NCBI RefSeq assembly: GCF_017876815.1 | Contig: NZ_JAGIOS010000003.1 | Coordinates: 690,001 to 722,000, forward strand | Origin: Sinorhizobium meliloti | Lineage (GTDB): Bacteria; Pseudomonadota; Alphaproteobacteria; Rhizobiales; Rhizobiaceae | Length of the DNA stretch: 32,000 nucleotides | Direction of reading: 5' to 3' | Shown: positions 1 through 8,369 of the stretch, piece by piece | Position numbering within the stretch: position 1 is the first letter of the stretch | Layout: every line of letters starts with the position of its first letter | Position numbers and translations under genes: made by a program | The notes under the pieces: model-generated | Seen by the model: the letters and a program-made list of their open reading frames with translations, nothing else | Databases searched by the model: none | Told to the model about the DNA's origin: nothing

Positions 1-203
1 GTCACGTCCCTGTCGCCGATCATGATCTTGCCGCCGCTTGCAGGCTCCAGCCCGGCAAGAATTTTCAACATCGTTGACTTGCCGCAACCCGAAGGACCGA
101 CCAGTACGACGAACTCACCATCCGCGATCTCCAGCGAGAACTCCTTGAGCACGTTGAGCGCTCCGTAGTCCTTGTAGACGTTTTGAATGCTTATTCCGGC
201 CAT
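1..203 (-). CDS. Sugar-type (MalK/UgpC-like) ABC transporter ATP-binding protein, N-terminal part; the gene runs off the left edge
   Basis: Reverse translation from ATG at 203-201 gives [67 protein letters not shown], with Walker [10 protein letters not shown]. It starts 1 nt after the stop of the upstream permease (205-207). Confidence 0.9.
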   Translation of the reverse strand, partial: MAGISIQNVYKDYGALNVLKEFSLEIADGEFVVLVGPSGCGKSTMLKILAGLEPASGGKIMIGDRDV

Positions 204-204
204 T

Positions 205-1035
205 TCACTTCTCCGCGCCGGCAGTCAGGCCGCCGACCAAATAGCGTTCGAGGAACAGGTAGATGAGGATGATCGGCAGCGCGATGAACACGGCCGCCGC
301 CGAGATCTCGTTCCAGTCGGTGACGTACTCGCCCTTCATCGTGGTGATGCCGAGATTGGCCGTCCAACTGCCCTGGGCATTGGTCAGGAAGGTGCGAGCA
401 TAGGCATAGTCCGCCCAGGAGAGGACGAAGGCATAAAGCGCCGTTGCAGCTAGACCAGGCGTCGCTACCGGAAGCACGACCCGGAACAGGGCGCCAAGCG
501 GAGAGCAGCCATCGACCATCGCCGCCTGCTCCAACTCGCGCGGGATCGTGTCGAAGTAGCCCTTCAACATCCAGGTGGTGAAGGGGATGATCAGCGTCGC
601 ATGGGCGAGGACAAGCGACCACAGGCTCCCGATCAGCCCCATCGAGCGGAAGATGCCGAAAAGCGGAATGACAAGCAGCGTTGCCGGCAACATCTTCGCT
701 GTGAGAATGAAGAGGCCGAGCGATCGCCCGCCCTTCACGCTGAAGCGCGACAGGCTGTAGCCTGCGAAGACCGAAACAACCATCGACAGGGCTACAGAAC
801 CGAGCGCCGCGAGCGTCGAGTTCCACAGCCATAGGAAGATCGGCCGCTCGGTACCCACTTTGGCGAAGGTGCTCCACTGCGGTTCGGCCGGCCAGAAGGA
901 CGGCGGCAACTGGCGGATTTCCGCGAGCGTCGACAGCGCCGTGACGAACAGCCAATAGATAGGAAAGAGAAGGACACCGCAGACGACGGCAAGGCCGACG
1001 TAGAGCGAGAGCGTTTGAAGGGTGGTGCGCTGCAT
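205..1035 (-). CDS. Carbohydrate ABC transporter permease (MalG/UgpE-like)
   Basis: Inside ORF 205..1554. The plausible start is the internal ATG at 1035 ([18 protein letters not shown]...). Multiple TM segments and the EAA loop [22 protein letters not shown]. The upstream part of the ORF is Arg-rich and overlaps the next gene, so it is not coding. Confidence 0.9.
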   Translation of the reverse strand: MQRTTLQTLSLYVGLAVVCGVLLFPIYWLFVTALSTLAEIRQLPPSFWPAEPQWSTFAKVGTERPIFLWLWNSTLAALGSVALSMVVSVFAGYSLSRFSVKGGRSLGLFILTAKMLPATLLVIPLFGIFRSMGLIGSLWSLVLAHATLIIPFTTWMLKGYFDTIPRELEQAAMVDGCSPLGALFRVVLPVATPGLAATALYAFVLSWADYAYARTFLTNAQGSWTANLGITTMKGEYVTDWNEISAAAVFIALPIILIYLFLERYLVGGLTAGAEK

Positions 1036-1046
1036 CGCTCGACCTC

Positions 1047-1952
1047 CTAATACATTGCCTGGGACTTGCGGCCGAGCATCAACAGGCTGGCGACGACGCA
1101 CAGCACGAGGGTTACGATGCCGATTGCGGAGGCGTAACCCATGTTGAAGAAGCCGAAAGCCTGATCGTAGGTCATGATCGAGAGCGTTTGCGTCGCCTTG
1201 AGCGGCCCGCCGTCGGTCAGCACTTTGATGATTGAAAGATCCCGGAAGACCCAAAGGACAACGAGCACCGACGTCACGCCGAGAACAGGCATGAGCACGG
1301 GAATGGTGATGTACCAGAAGCGCTGGAACGCGTTCGCGCCATCGACCTTGGCGGCGTTGTAGAAATCTTCCGGAATGGACTGCAAACCGGCAAGCGTCAT
1401 GATGGAGACGAAGGGGTAACCCTTCCAGATCATCGTTATCGCCACCACCCAGAATGCGGCGGTGGGTTCGGAGAACCAGTTGATCATCTGGCTCGTAATG
1501 CCGAGCTTGATGAAGAGCCAGTTCATCAAGCCGAAGGAAGAATCGAAGATCCAAGCGAAAATGACGACGGCGATGACTTCGGGAACGGCCCAGGGCAGAG
1601 CCACGAAGAGACGCGCCAGCGTCCGCCCCTTGAAACGGTTATTGACCAGCAAGGCCGTTCCCAGACCGACGGCGAAACAGGCTGCACTGACAACCACGAC
1701 CAACTTGATCGTCACCCAGCACGAGTTCCAGAAATCCGGCGAGGCGAATAGCTTGTGGTAGTTTTCCAGTGTGAACGGCTTGCGCGGTGCGCTGAGCGTC
1801 GCCATGCCGATCTTCTGGAAAGACAAGTCGAGGGACACGAACAGCGGATAGACGATGATCAGGGCGACCAGCGCGACGGCCGGCAGCAACAACAGATAGC
1901 CCAGCCAATGCTGCCGGCTCGGCCGTGCCAGATCGAGGAAGCGTAGGCTCAT
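1047..1952 (-). CDS. Carbohydrate ABC transporter permease (MalF/UgpA-like)
   Basis: Inside ORF 1047..2060. Start taken at ATG 1952 (MSLRFLDLARPSRQHWLGYLLLLPAV...). EAA loop FYNAAKVDGANAFQRFWYITIP; six predicted TM stretches. Confidence 0.9.
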   Translation of the reverse strand: MSLRFLDLARPSRQHWLGYLLLLPAVALVALIIVYPLFVSLDLSFQKIGMATLSAPRKPFTLENYHKLFASPDFWNSCWVTIKLVVVVSAACFAVGLGTALLVNNRFKGRTLARLFVALPWAVPEVIAVVIFAWIFDSSFGLMNWLFIKLGITSQMINWFSEPTAAFWVVAITMIWKGYPFVSIMTLAGLQSIPEDFYNAAKVDGANAFQRFWYITIPVLMPVLGVTSVLVVLWVFRDLSIIKVLTDGGPLKATQTLSIMTYDQAFGFFNMGYASAIGIVTLVLCVVASLLMLGRKSQAMY

Positions 1953-2034
1953 GATTGCCTCTTGTTTCTTGCGGGGACCAGACGCCACATAAGGGGCGCC
2001 CGGTTTTCCTTTATGTGCCGAGGGCGGCAAGCGC

Positions 2035-3300
2035 CTATTGAAGCGCCTCGGCCTTCTCATGCATTGTCTTGGCGACCGCAGCAGGATCGAGATCTTCGAT
2101 TATCATCCTCTGCGCCTCCTCCTGGATCATTTTCGAGAACTCGTTGAACTGGATCTCGAGGCCGATGGGAATGCGGTCGATCTTGTGGTCTGCCGCTGCC
2201 TTCTGCGACTGCGCCATCAGGTCGAAATGCGGAATCTGCGCCTTGGCTTCGGTGAGATCGGCGCGCGGGCTCGGCGGCGTCGAAGCGGCAAGGGTTGCGA
2301 AGCTGGTCTGGAATTTGTCGGAAGTCGCAATTGCGATGAAATCCCAGACAAGCTGCTTCTTCTCTTCGGAAATCTCGCTCGGCATGGCGAGAATGTTGGA
2401 GGAGCCGCCGAGCGGCGGATCGAAGGGAACGCTGGCGAGCTTCAGCTTATCCTTCGCCGCTCCCTGCTGCATGATGGAATAAATCCAGGGACCGTCGACC
2501 TTCAGCGCGATCTTCCCATCGGCAAAGAGCTTGCGGACTTCGCCGGCCGATAGATCGCGCGGCGTCAGGTTTTCCTTGACCACCGTCTTCCAGCGCGTCA
2601 GCCCCTCAACCATCTCAGGGGTGTCTATGGTCACCTCGCCTTCTGCATTGGTGAAGCGCGCGCCGGCGTCGAAAAGGTAACTCGCCATCTCGGCTATGTA
2701 CTGGCCACCGCCACCCTTGGTTTCGTGGCCGGTTCCGAACTGATCGACAATGCCATCACCGTTCAGGTCCTTGGTCGTCGCTCGAGCCGCGGCAAGGAAT
2801 TCCTCATAATTCGTAGGTACGTCGACGCCCGCCTGCTTCAACATCTCCTCGTTGTAGCCGAAGATCGTGCCGTAATAGAGCATCATGATGCAGACGGTCG
2901 TATCCTGGAACTTGCAGATGTCCTGCCCGCTCCAGCCGTCGAGCTCGAGCCCCGCCTTCTCGACCCAGGGACCGAGATCTTCAAGCCAGCCATTATTGGC
3001 GAAGGTCTGGAACTCGAACGAGGCCAGGTGGACGATATCCGGCGGCGTGCCGCCAGCAAACAGTGTCGTCATCGTGTCGGAGTAGGCGCTGCGCTCGACC
3101 TTGGTCCACTCGATCGTATTGCCTGGATGCTTCGCCTCCCACTCTTTGATCACCGAACCCCACCAGTCGCCGATGCCCTTCTCATCCTTCTGCCATGACA
3201 CGAATTTGAGCACTTCCGCGCTTGCGGGCACCGCCGAGGCGGTGCAGGCAAACATTGCGGTCACCGTTGCCGCGACGGCGTATTTTCCGATGGTCTTCAT
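2035..3300 (-). CDS. ABC transporter extracellular solute-binding protein (family 1, sugar type)
   Basis: Inside ORF 2035..3423. Start at ATG 3300 (MKTIGKYAVAATVTAMFACTASAVPASA, a signal peptide), preceded by a strong SD GGAGGAGAAA. Length and composition are typical of CUT1 binding proteins. Confidence 0.9.
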   Translation of the reverse strand: MKTIGKYAVAATVTAMFACTASAVPASAEVLKFVSWQKDEKGIGDWWGSVIKEWEAKHPGNTIEWTKVERSAYSDTMTTLFAGGTPPDIVHLASFEFQTFANNGWLEDLGPWVEKAGLELDGWSGQDICKFQDTTVCIMMLYYGTIFGYNEEMLKQAGVDVPTNYEEFLAAARATTKDLNGDGIVDQFGTGHETKGGGGQYIAEMASYLFDAGARFTNAEGEVTIDTPEMVEGLTRWKTVVKENLTPRDLSAGEVRKLFADGKIALKVDGPWIYSIMQQGAAKDKLKLASVPFDPPLGGSSNILAMPSEISEEKKQLVWDFIAIATSDKFQTSFATLAASTPPSPRADLTEAKAQIPHFDLMAQSQKAAADHKIDRIPIGLEIQFNEFSKMIQEEAQRMIIEDLDPAAVAKTMHEKAEALQ

Positions 3301-3332
3301 TTTCTCCTCCACTCCTCCGAGAGAATATTCTT

Positions 3333-4502
3333 TCAATGCTTCTTGAGCAGCCCTTGAGCCTCCTTGGACGGCTCGACGCCGAGACCCGGGCCGGTCGGCA
3401 CGACGTACTCGCCGTTCAGGCAATCCATATCGCCGACGAGAAGCCGCCGGTTGGGTTCAAAGATCGAATGCTGGAACTCGTGGCAGTCGACATTCGCCAG
3501 CGCCGCACTCGCCTGCAGACTCGCAGCAAGGAAAATGCCGACCCCGATCGTTGCGTGAGGGATGACTTTGATGTGGTGGACATGGGCATATGCGCCGATG
3601 CGCATGAATTGGGTGATCCCCTTATGACCCATTTCAGGCTGCACGATCGCGAGCGCACGGCGAGCGACGCGCGGCACCATATCGTGGACGGTTCGCCATT
3701 CCTCGCCGACCGCTATGGCCGTCGAGACACTCGCGGCGACCCGGGCCAAGCCGTCGATATCTTCGGTGCGCACCGGCGCTTCGGCGAACCACAGTCCGTG
3801 CGGTTCCATCGCCTTGATGAGCGCGACTGCCTCGCTTGCGGTATGGGCCCAATGCATGTCGCAGGCGATGCGCACGGCCGGACCCAGACTTTCGCGCAGG
3901 ATTTCCATCTCTTTCGCGACGCCGTCGTCGGCGACCGGCGATGCGAATTTGAAAGACGAAAATCCCTTTGCCTGCCAGGCCGCGGCGAGTTCTGCGCGTT
4001 TGGCGCGCGTATCCTCCGGCAGCCCGGAGATATATGCCGCGATACGATCGCGCCGCTGTCCGCCGAGAAGCTTGCAGACAGGCAGTCCCGCGAGTTTGCC
4101 GGCCAGATCCCACAGGGCGATGTCGATCGCAGCGAGCGCATCGACGTAAAAGCCGCCGGTGTAGCCGCGCACCCGCATGAGGTCGTACAGATCGTCATGG
4201 ATCGCCGCCGCATCGAAGGGGTCGCGGCCAATCGTGAAATCCGCAAGGAGATCATCGATGATCTCCATCGTGGCGCGTGGGGCAACCAGCCCGTAGGTCT
4301 CGCCCCATCCGACGGCACCATTCTCGGTTTCGATGCGCACGAGCACGCTGCGATCGAATGTCGGATAGACGGTCCGGTTGCCCTTGCGCACTAGATAGCC
4401 GCGCCCGTTCGGCTCCTCCCCCGGCCGCGGTTTGCCGAGATAAGGCGTTTCGCGCGGCAGCGTCAGAGTGAAGCTTTCGATCTTTTTGACGCGATCGCTC
4501 AT
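3333..4502 (-). CDS. Enolase-superfamily (mandelate racemase/muconate lactonizing enzyme family) acid-sugar dehydratase; substrate unknown
   Basis: ORF 3333..4559. Start taken at ATG 4502 (MSDRVKKIESFTL...) with GGAGG 8 nt upstream. It forms an ATGA start/stop overlap with the upstream gene. MR/MLE hallmarks are present: AIDIALWDLAGK, the metal-ligand context CDMHW / WFAEAP / AVGEEW, and a late IPHAT His. Confidence 0.9.
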   Translation of the reverse strand: MSDRVKKIESFTLTLPRETPYLGKPRPGEEPNGRGYLVRKGNRTVYPTFDRSVLVRIETENGAVGWGETYGLVAPRATMEIIDDLLADFTIGRDPFDAAAIHDDLYDLMRVRGYTGGFYVDALAAIDIALWDLAGKLAGLPVCKLLGGQRRDRIAAYISGLPEDTRAKRAELAAAWQAKGFSSFKFASPVADDGVAKEMEILRESLGPAVRIACDMHWAHTASEAVALIKAMEPHGLWFAEAPVRTEDIDGLARVAASVSTAIAVGEEWRTVHDMVPRVARRALAIVQPEMGHKGITQFMRIGAYAHVHHIKVIPHATIGVGIFLAASLQASAALANVDCHEFQHSIFEPNRRLLVGDMDCLNGEYVVPTGPGLGVEPSKEAQGLLKKH

Positions 4503-5416
4503 TTTGTCCGCCTCCATTTGTCCGCCCCGACGGAGCCGAGGCCACACTCCTGGAAGCATTGTTCGATGTCCCGCACGGCCAAAGCATCGAGATCCGGTGT
4601 CGGCGCGCGTACAATGGGGTTGTCGAGAACCCCGCGCAAGCCGAGCACATGTTTTGTCAAGCGCATACGGTAAACCGCCTGCAACACCAACAGAGGTAGA
4701 GACTTGACGTAAAGCGCCCGCGCTTCGCTTCCACGACCGTCACGGTAACTGCGGTCGAGTGCGGCATGCAGATCGGCGATCTCCAGTGCCGGCATCGCCG
4801 CACATGCGCCTCGATCGTACTCGTCCAGAATGTAGCGGGCTCCTCCGCCGCCGATGACGCCAAGCATATGCTCCGGTGCGTTCGCCAGGATGGCCGTAAT
4901 CGCCGGCCCCGCGGGCAGCGTCTCCTCCTTGACGTAGCGAACGGCTGCAACCCGACGGACGACTTCGAGGACTGCCTCGGGAGCGAGATCCGAACCACGC
5001 GGCGCCGGGGCGTTTTGAAGGATGATTTCCACCTCAGGCAGTTGCGCGGCCGCGGCCGCGAGAAAAGCCGTCACCGCACCGGCGCCGGCACCGATCGATT
5101 TCGGCGGCTGGATCATCAGCCGCGTGATCCCGAGCCCGAGCGCCTGTCGACCATACGCGACGACTTCGTCCACCGTCGGCGCGCTGGCGCCGGCCACGAT
5201 TGGTACGCGGTCCCCCACCTCGGTCGCGACCACCTTGAGAAGGGCTTGACGCTCCTCCCCCGTTAACGCCTCCACCTCGCTTGCAAAGCCCGGGAAGACC
5301 ACACCCGCTACGCCGGCATCCAAAGCGAAACGAACGATGCGGCGCATGGCATCAAGGTCGACACCCGTTTCGGTGAAAGGGGTCGGGAGAACCGGGAGAA
5401 TTCCTGTCAGCCGCAT
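4499..5416 (-). CDS. Dihydrodipicolinate synthase (DapA/NAL) family class I aldolase/dehydratase
   Basis: ORF 4499..5461. The family N-terminus GILPVLPTPFTETGVDLDAM and a candidate Schiff-base Lys in VRYVKEE are present. The start is uncertain (ATG at 5461, 5428 or 5416). I prefer 5416 (MRLTGILPVLPTPF) because 5417-5461 carries an operator-like direct repeat. Confidence 0.8.
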   Translation of the reverse strand: MRLTGILPVLPTPFTETGVDLDAMRRIVRFALDAGVAGVVFPGFASEVEALTGEERQALLKVVATEVGDRVPIVAGASAPTVDEVVAYGRQALGLGITRLMIQPPKSIGAGAGAVTAFLAAAAAQLPEVEIILQNAPAPRGSDLAPEAVLEVVRRVAAVRYVKEETLPAGPAITAILANAPEHMLGVIGGGGARYILDEYDRGACAAMPALEIADLHAALDRSYRDGRGSEARALYVKSLPLLVLQAVYRMRLTKHVLGLRGVLDNPIVRAPTPDLDALAVRDIEQCFQECGLGSVGADKWRRTK

Positions 5417-5426
5417 GAAATGATCC

Positions 5427-5455
5427 ATATTGTGAGACGTGTTTTCTATATTGTG
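5427..5455. promoter_or_regulatory. Operator-like direct repeat ATATTGTG(N13)ATATTGTG in the divergent promoter region
   Basis: ATATTGTG occurs at 5427-5434 and again at 5448-5455 (21 bp register). The extended copies are CATATTGTGAGAC and TATATTGTG-GAC. The repeat lies between the divergently transcribed DapA-family operon and the kinase gene. Confidence 0.35.
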
Positions 5456-5512
5456 GACCATACGCGGACATGGTAGGTCGTGTCAATCATCGAACTTCGA
5501 AGGAGATCGACC

Positions 5513-6454
5513 TTGTCCAACTCTGCTTTCAAACCCGTCACGGTCGTGCTCGATTGGGGCACCACAGGCTTTCGGGCTTTCCTGGTGAGATCGGACGGCT
5601 CGCTCGTCGATCAAAAGGAAGGCGAACGGGGCATTCAGTCGATCGCGAAGGGGGAGCATGGGCGCGTCGTCAGCGAGGCGCTTGCATCCTGGCGCGCCGA
5701 GTATGGGCCCCTCGATATCGTGGCGGCAGGGATGATTGGAAGCCGAAACGGATGGATCGAGATGCCCTATGTGCCGACCCCGGCAACGCCAGCGGATCTG
5801 GCCGCAGCGGCCCGCACCGAGGGCCTGCCGGAAGGGGACAGGATCACCTTCCTGCCTGGCTTGACTGATCCCACCGGGTTCCCATTTCCGGACGTCATGC
5901 GCGGAGAGGAGGCGCAGCTTGTCGGCTTCGGCCTGGACAAGGACATAATCGTCGTCCTTCCCGGAACTCACGCCAAATGGGCCGAGATCCGCGGCGGCCA
6001 CATCGAGCGGTTCCGCACCTTCGTCACCGGTGAGATATACGCGACGCTGGCCGACCATTCCTTCCTGTCGAAAGTCGCCACCGCCGAGCGAGATCACGCC
6101 GCTCAGGCCTTCGCGGAAGGCGTTGCGCTCGCGCAGGAAGAGAGCACCCGGGCCGGCGGCTTGTTGACCCGGCTCTTTACCGTCAGGACCGGCTGGCTTG
6201 CGGGCGCCATTGCGCCGGATGAAATGAAAAGCCGCCTTTCCGGTCTCATCATCGGGTGGGAATTCGTGGAGGCTCGGACCGGTGGCTGGTTCAAGGAGGG
6301 TGACACGATCGCGGTCGTCGGCGACGACGATCTTGTCGAGGTCTATGGGAGGGTGGCAGTAGCCTTCGGCGTGAAACTCGCGCCAGCGCCTGCCGACGCG
6401 GCGATCCGCGGCGCGCTAACGATCTGGCGGCGGCATCGCCTCGCCGCGAAATAA
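5513..6454 (+). CDS. dgoK: 2-dehydro-3-deoxygalactonokinase (DgoK) family sugar-acid kinase
   Basis: ORF 5480..6454. DgoK family motifs VVLDWGTTGFRAFL and LPGTHAKW. An in-frame TTG at 5513 sits 6 nt after AGGAGA (5501-5506), so it is favoured over ATG 5480. Confidence 0.85.
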   Translation: MSNSAFKPVTVVLDWGTTGFRAFLVRSDGSLVDQKEGERGIQSIAKGEHGRVVSEALASWRAEYGPLDIVAAGMIGSRNGWIEMPYVPTPATPADLAAAARTEGLPEGDRITFLPGLTDPTGFPFPDVMRGEEAQLVGFGLDKDIIVVLPGTHAKWAEIRGGHIERFRTFVTGEIYATLADHSFLSKVATAERDHAAQAFAEGVALAQEESTRAGGLLTRLFTVRTGWLAGAIAPDEMKSRLSGLIIGWEFVEARTGGWFKEGDTIAVVGDDDLVEVYGRVAVAFGVKLAPAPADAAIRGALTIWRRHRLAAK

Positions 6455-6933
6455 AGGAGCATCTCCCGATTGATCCCGGCCAATGGGAATCAAGGACACC
6501 GCGACCAGCTCTTCGCCCAGATCGCGTCCTACCCGGTGTTTGCCGGCCACGATCGTCGAGCCCGAGGTTGAATAGTGGCCCCCTTTCCGTTGCCCTCGAA
6601 AAGAAATACGGCGATCTCCGAGGTTCAGGCTCGGGAGATTTGCGGGCGACATGGCGCTCCTCTATGACGCCCGTGGTGGCATCTACCTTTGGGGCCCGCT
6701 CCTGCGGAAGATGGAACGTCTCCTTCGCAATGATGTCTTTCGCCATCGCTTAACTGGCGAGCGGGCCGAGTGCCGAACTGTCAATCGCCTCTGAACCCGT
6801 CCGCCGCCGGGGGTCGTGCAGCCCTTGATTGGCAGCACACTGAACAATGAATGCAATCATGGGCAGGATGACGATGAGCAGCAGCCACCGGCGTGAGTGC
6901 ACAGGCGTTCGCCACTCACGGCCGTGGCCCTGC

Positions 6934-7404
6934 CTAGTCGTTCCCGCGAAAATGCAGACGCTGGATCACGGCCATCATCAGTGCCGTTGCCCATCCGAAG
7001 ATGATCCAGCCATTGACGGCCTCGAAAGTTGCAACCTGGCGCCAGTCTCTGCCGAGAACGATGTCGCCATAGCCCACCGTCGTGAATGTGACGGTCGAGA
7101 AGTAGAGCGCGTCTTCAAAGTCAGGCAGCGCTTGCGAGAGATAATAGAAAGTGGCCCAGAGCACGACATCAAGTGCGATCGGAACGATCAGGTAGACTAC
7201 CCAGATGACGGTCGTCACGGTCGGGTAACGAAGCAGAAAATCTCGGCGATCTTCTTCCAGCCTGCGAAAAACACCAAGTCCGGCGGACATGAAGGACGCC
7301 TGAACGGCGACGGTTGCCGCAATAAGACCACACGCGATAGCCAGCCGAAATAACACCCATGCCTCCACACCGTTGGCCATTGCTTCAAACGCGAGAGATA
7401 GCAT
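6934..7404 (-). CDS. Two-TM (KcsA-like, Ion_trans_2) potassium channel protein
   Basis: 156-aa ORF with the canonical K+ selectivity filter TVGYGD, flanked by hydrophobic helices (VIWVVYLIVPIALDVVLWATF ... NGWIIFGWATALMMAVI). No RCK/KTN domain. Confidence 0.85.
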   Translation of the reverse strand: MLSLAFEAMANGVEAWVLFRLAIACGLIAATVAVQASFMSAGLGVFRRLEEDRRDFLLRYPTVTTVIWVVYLIVPIALDVVLWATFYYLSQALPDFEDALYFSTVTFTTVGYGDIVLGRDWRQVATFEAVNGWIIFGWATALMMAVIQRLHFRGND

Positions 7405-7427
7405 GGCGCCACGCGGGCGACCCGAAC

Positions 7428-7484
7428 TCGGCCGGTCACGGCAAGCCCCAGCGACACGGCAGGATTGAAATGCCCGCCGGAAAT
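7428..7484 (-). pseudogene. Remnant of a MIP/aquaporin gene (first NPA box only)
   Basis: The minus-strand frame of ORF 7215..7655 reads ISGGHFNPAVSLGLAVTGR, the highly conserved AqpZ/GlpF loop-B signature. The sequence on either side is not aquaporin-like and has no TM helices, so only about 20 codons survive. Confidence 0.5.
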
Positions 7485-7690
7485 TTGCGATTGAGTCACG
7501 CTTTCTGCCGGCGCGTCCAGGAGGCGCTCCAGCAAGATACGTTCTGAGCGGCGAATCAGGAGACGATGCGCCAATCCATAGGCTTGGACTAGGCCTAACA
7601 ATTCGTGCTCAACTCCGGAGAACTTACCGGTCTCGACAAGAGGTCTGTCGTCCAAAGGCGTCGCCTAACTCGGGTCTGCGGGCTTCATTC

Positions 7691-8161
7691 CTAAGCGTCA
7701 TCAGGAGCCCAGTTCAGGAAGAAGCCCACGTCACCTGGCATTCCACCGGGAAAGTTGACAATCATAGCTTTCAGCTTGTAGCCCTGAGGCTTGCCGAATT
7801 TTTGATATCGTTCATAGAATTCCTTCGCCTTGCCCTGGAGGGTCTGCGGCCAATCGCGGTCGGCGCTGTTTATTGCGCGGCCACTATCGGTGCAAAGATT
7901 CGAAGGGAAGCTGTAAACCATCGCCTCGAACTTTCCGTCTCGTACGGCGTTCGCCACGAGGCGGCGCACGACCGCGACCTCCTCTGGCGTCACGTGCTCC
8001 TCGAGAAATACGCCGGCAAAGTCAGTCAGCTTTTGCTCCTGTACCGCTTTGAACTGTCGTTCCTTCTCCATTTCCTCCATCTGTCGTTGAAGGAGTTGCA
8101 TACGGAGGTCCTTGGCGCTCGCAGGTGCGGCATCCAAGTCGATATGTTGTTTTTCAGCCAT
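7691..8161 (-). CDS. Hypothetical protein (N-terminal coiled-coil-like segment, C-terminal globular part)
   Basis: Clean 156-aa ORF with SD GGAGCAAGGAA directly upstream of ATG 8161. Non-repetitive, balanced composition (MAEKQHIDLD...LRMQLLQRQMEEMEKERQFK...). I recognise no family. Confidence 0.7.
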   Translation of the reverse strand: MAEKQHIDLDAAPASAKDLRMQLLQRQMEEMEKERQFKAVQEQKLTDFAGVFLEEHVTPEEVAVVRRLVANAVRDGKFEAMVYSFPSNLCTDSGRAINSADRDWPQTLQGKAKEFYERYQKFGKPQGYKLKAMIVNFPGGMPGDVGFFLNWAPDDA

Positions 8162-8369
8162 TTCCTTGCTCCACTTTCAAAGGGTGGCAAGCCGCATCTC
8201 GCCATATCTGTGTGGCCTTCGCCCTGGGGACGCCATTTGGGAATTCGTCGTGCGCAGTTGCACCTTTTCTCGCAAGCGCACGGTTTTGAATATCGGAGGT
8301 TCCAGTCACCTTCATCCGTCACCTCGAAGGCAATCACGATTTCGTACCCGCCGACGGTGCGCAGACAAT

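Noticed and set aside
3222-4394. 390-aa plus-strand ORF antisense to the enolase-superfamily gene. Similar long antisense or alternate-frame ORFs occur at 10223..11263 (+), 13092..13901 (-), 18760..19347 (-), 20353..20922 (-), 21672..22511 (+) and 5483..6097 (-).
   Set aside because: They are Arg/Pro/Ser/Cys-rich with no recognisable motifs. They fully overlap genes that have strong family signatures on the other strand or frame. This is typical of stop-poor alternate frames in high-GC DNA.
7215-7655. 146-aa minus ORF considered as an intact gene.
   Set aside because: Only about 20 residues resemble a known family (the aquaporin NPA loop). Its 3' half overlaps the well-supported K+ channel gene in another frame. 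It is treated as a pseudogene remnant rather than a CDS.
8250-8281. Imperfect hairpin GTGCGCAGTTGC-ACCTTTTCTC-GCAAGCGCAC about 90 nt downstream of arcC, a possible terminator.
   Set aside because: The stem has a bulge, and no U-tract follows on the minus (arcC) strand. I cannot support an intrinsic terminator call. I saw no convincing Rho-independent terminators anywhere in the window.
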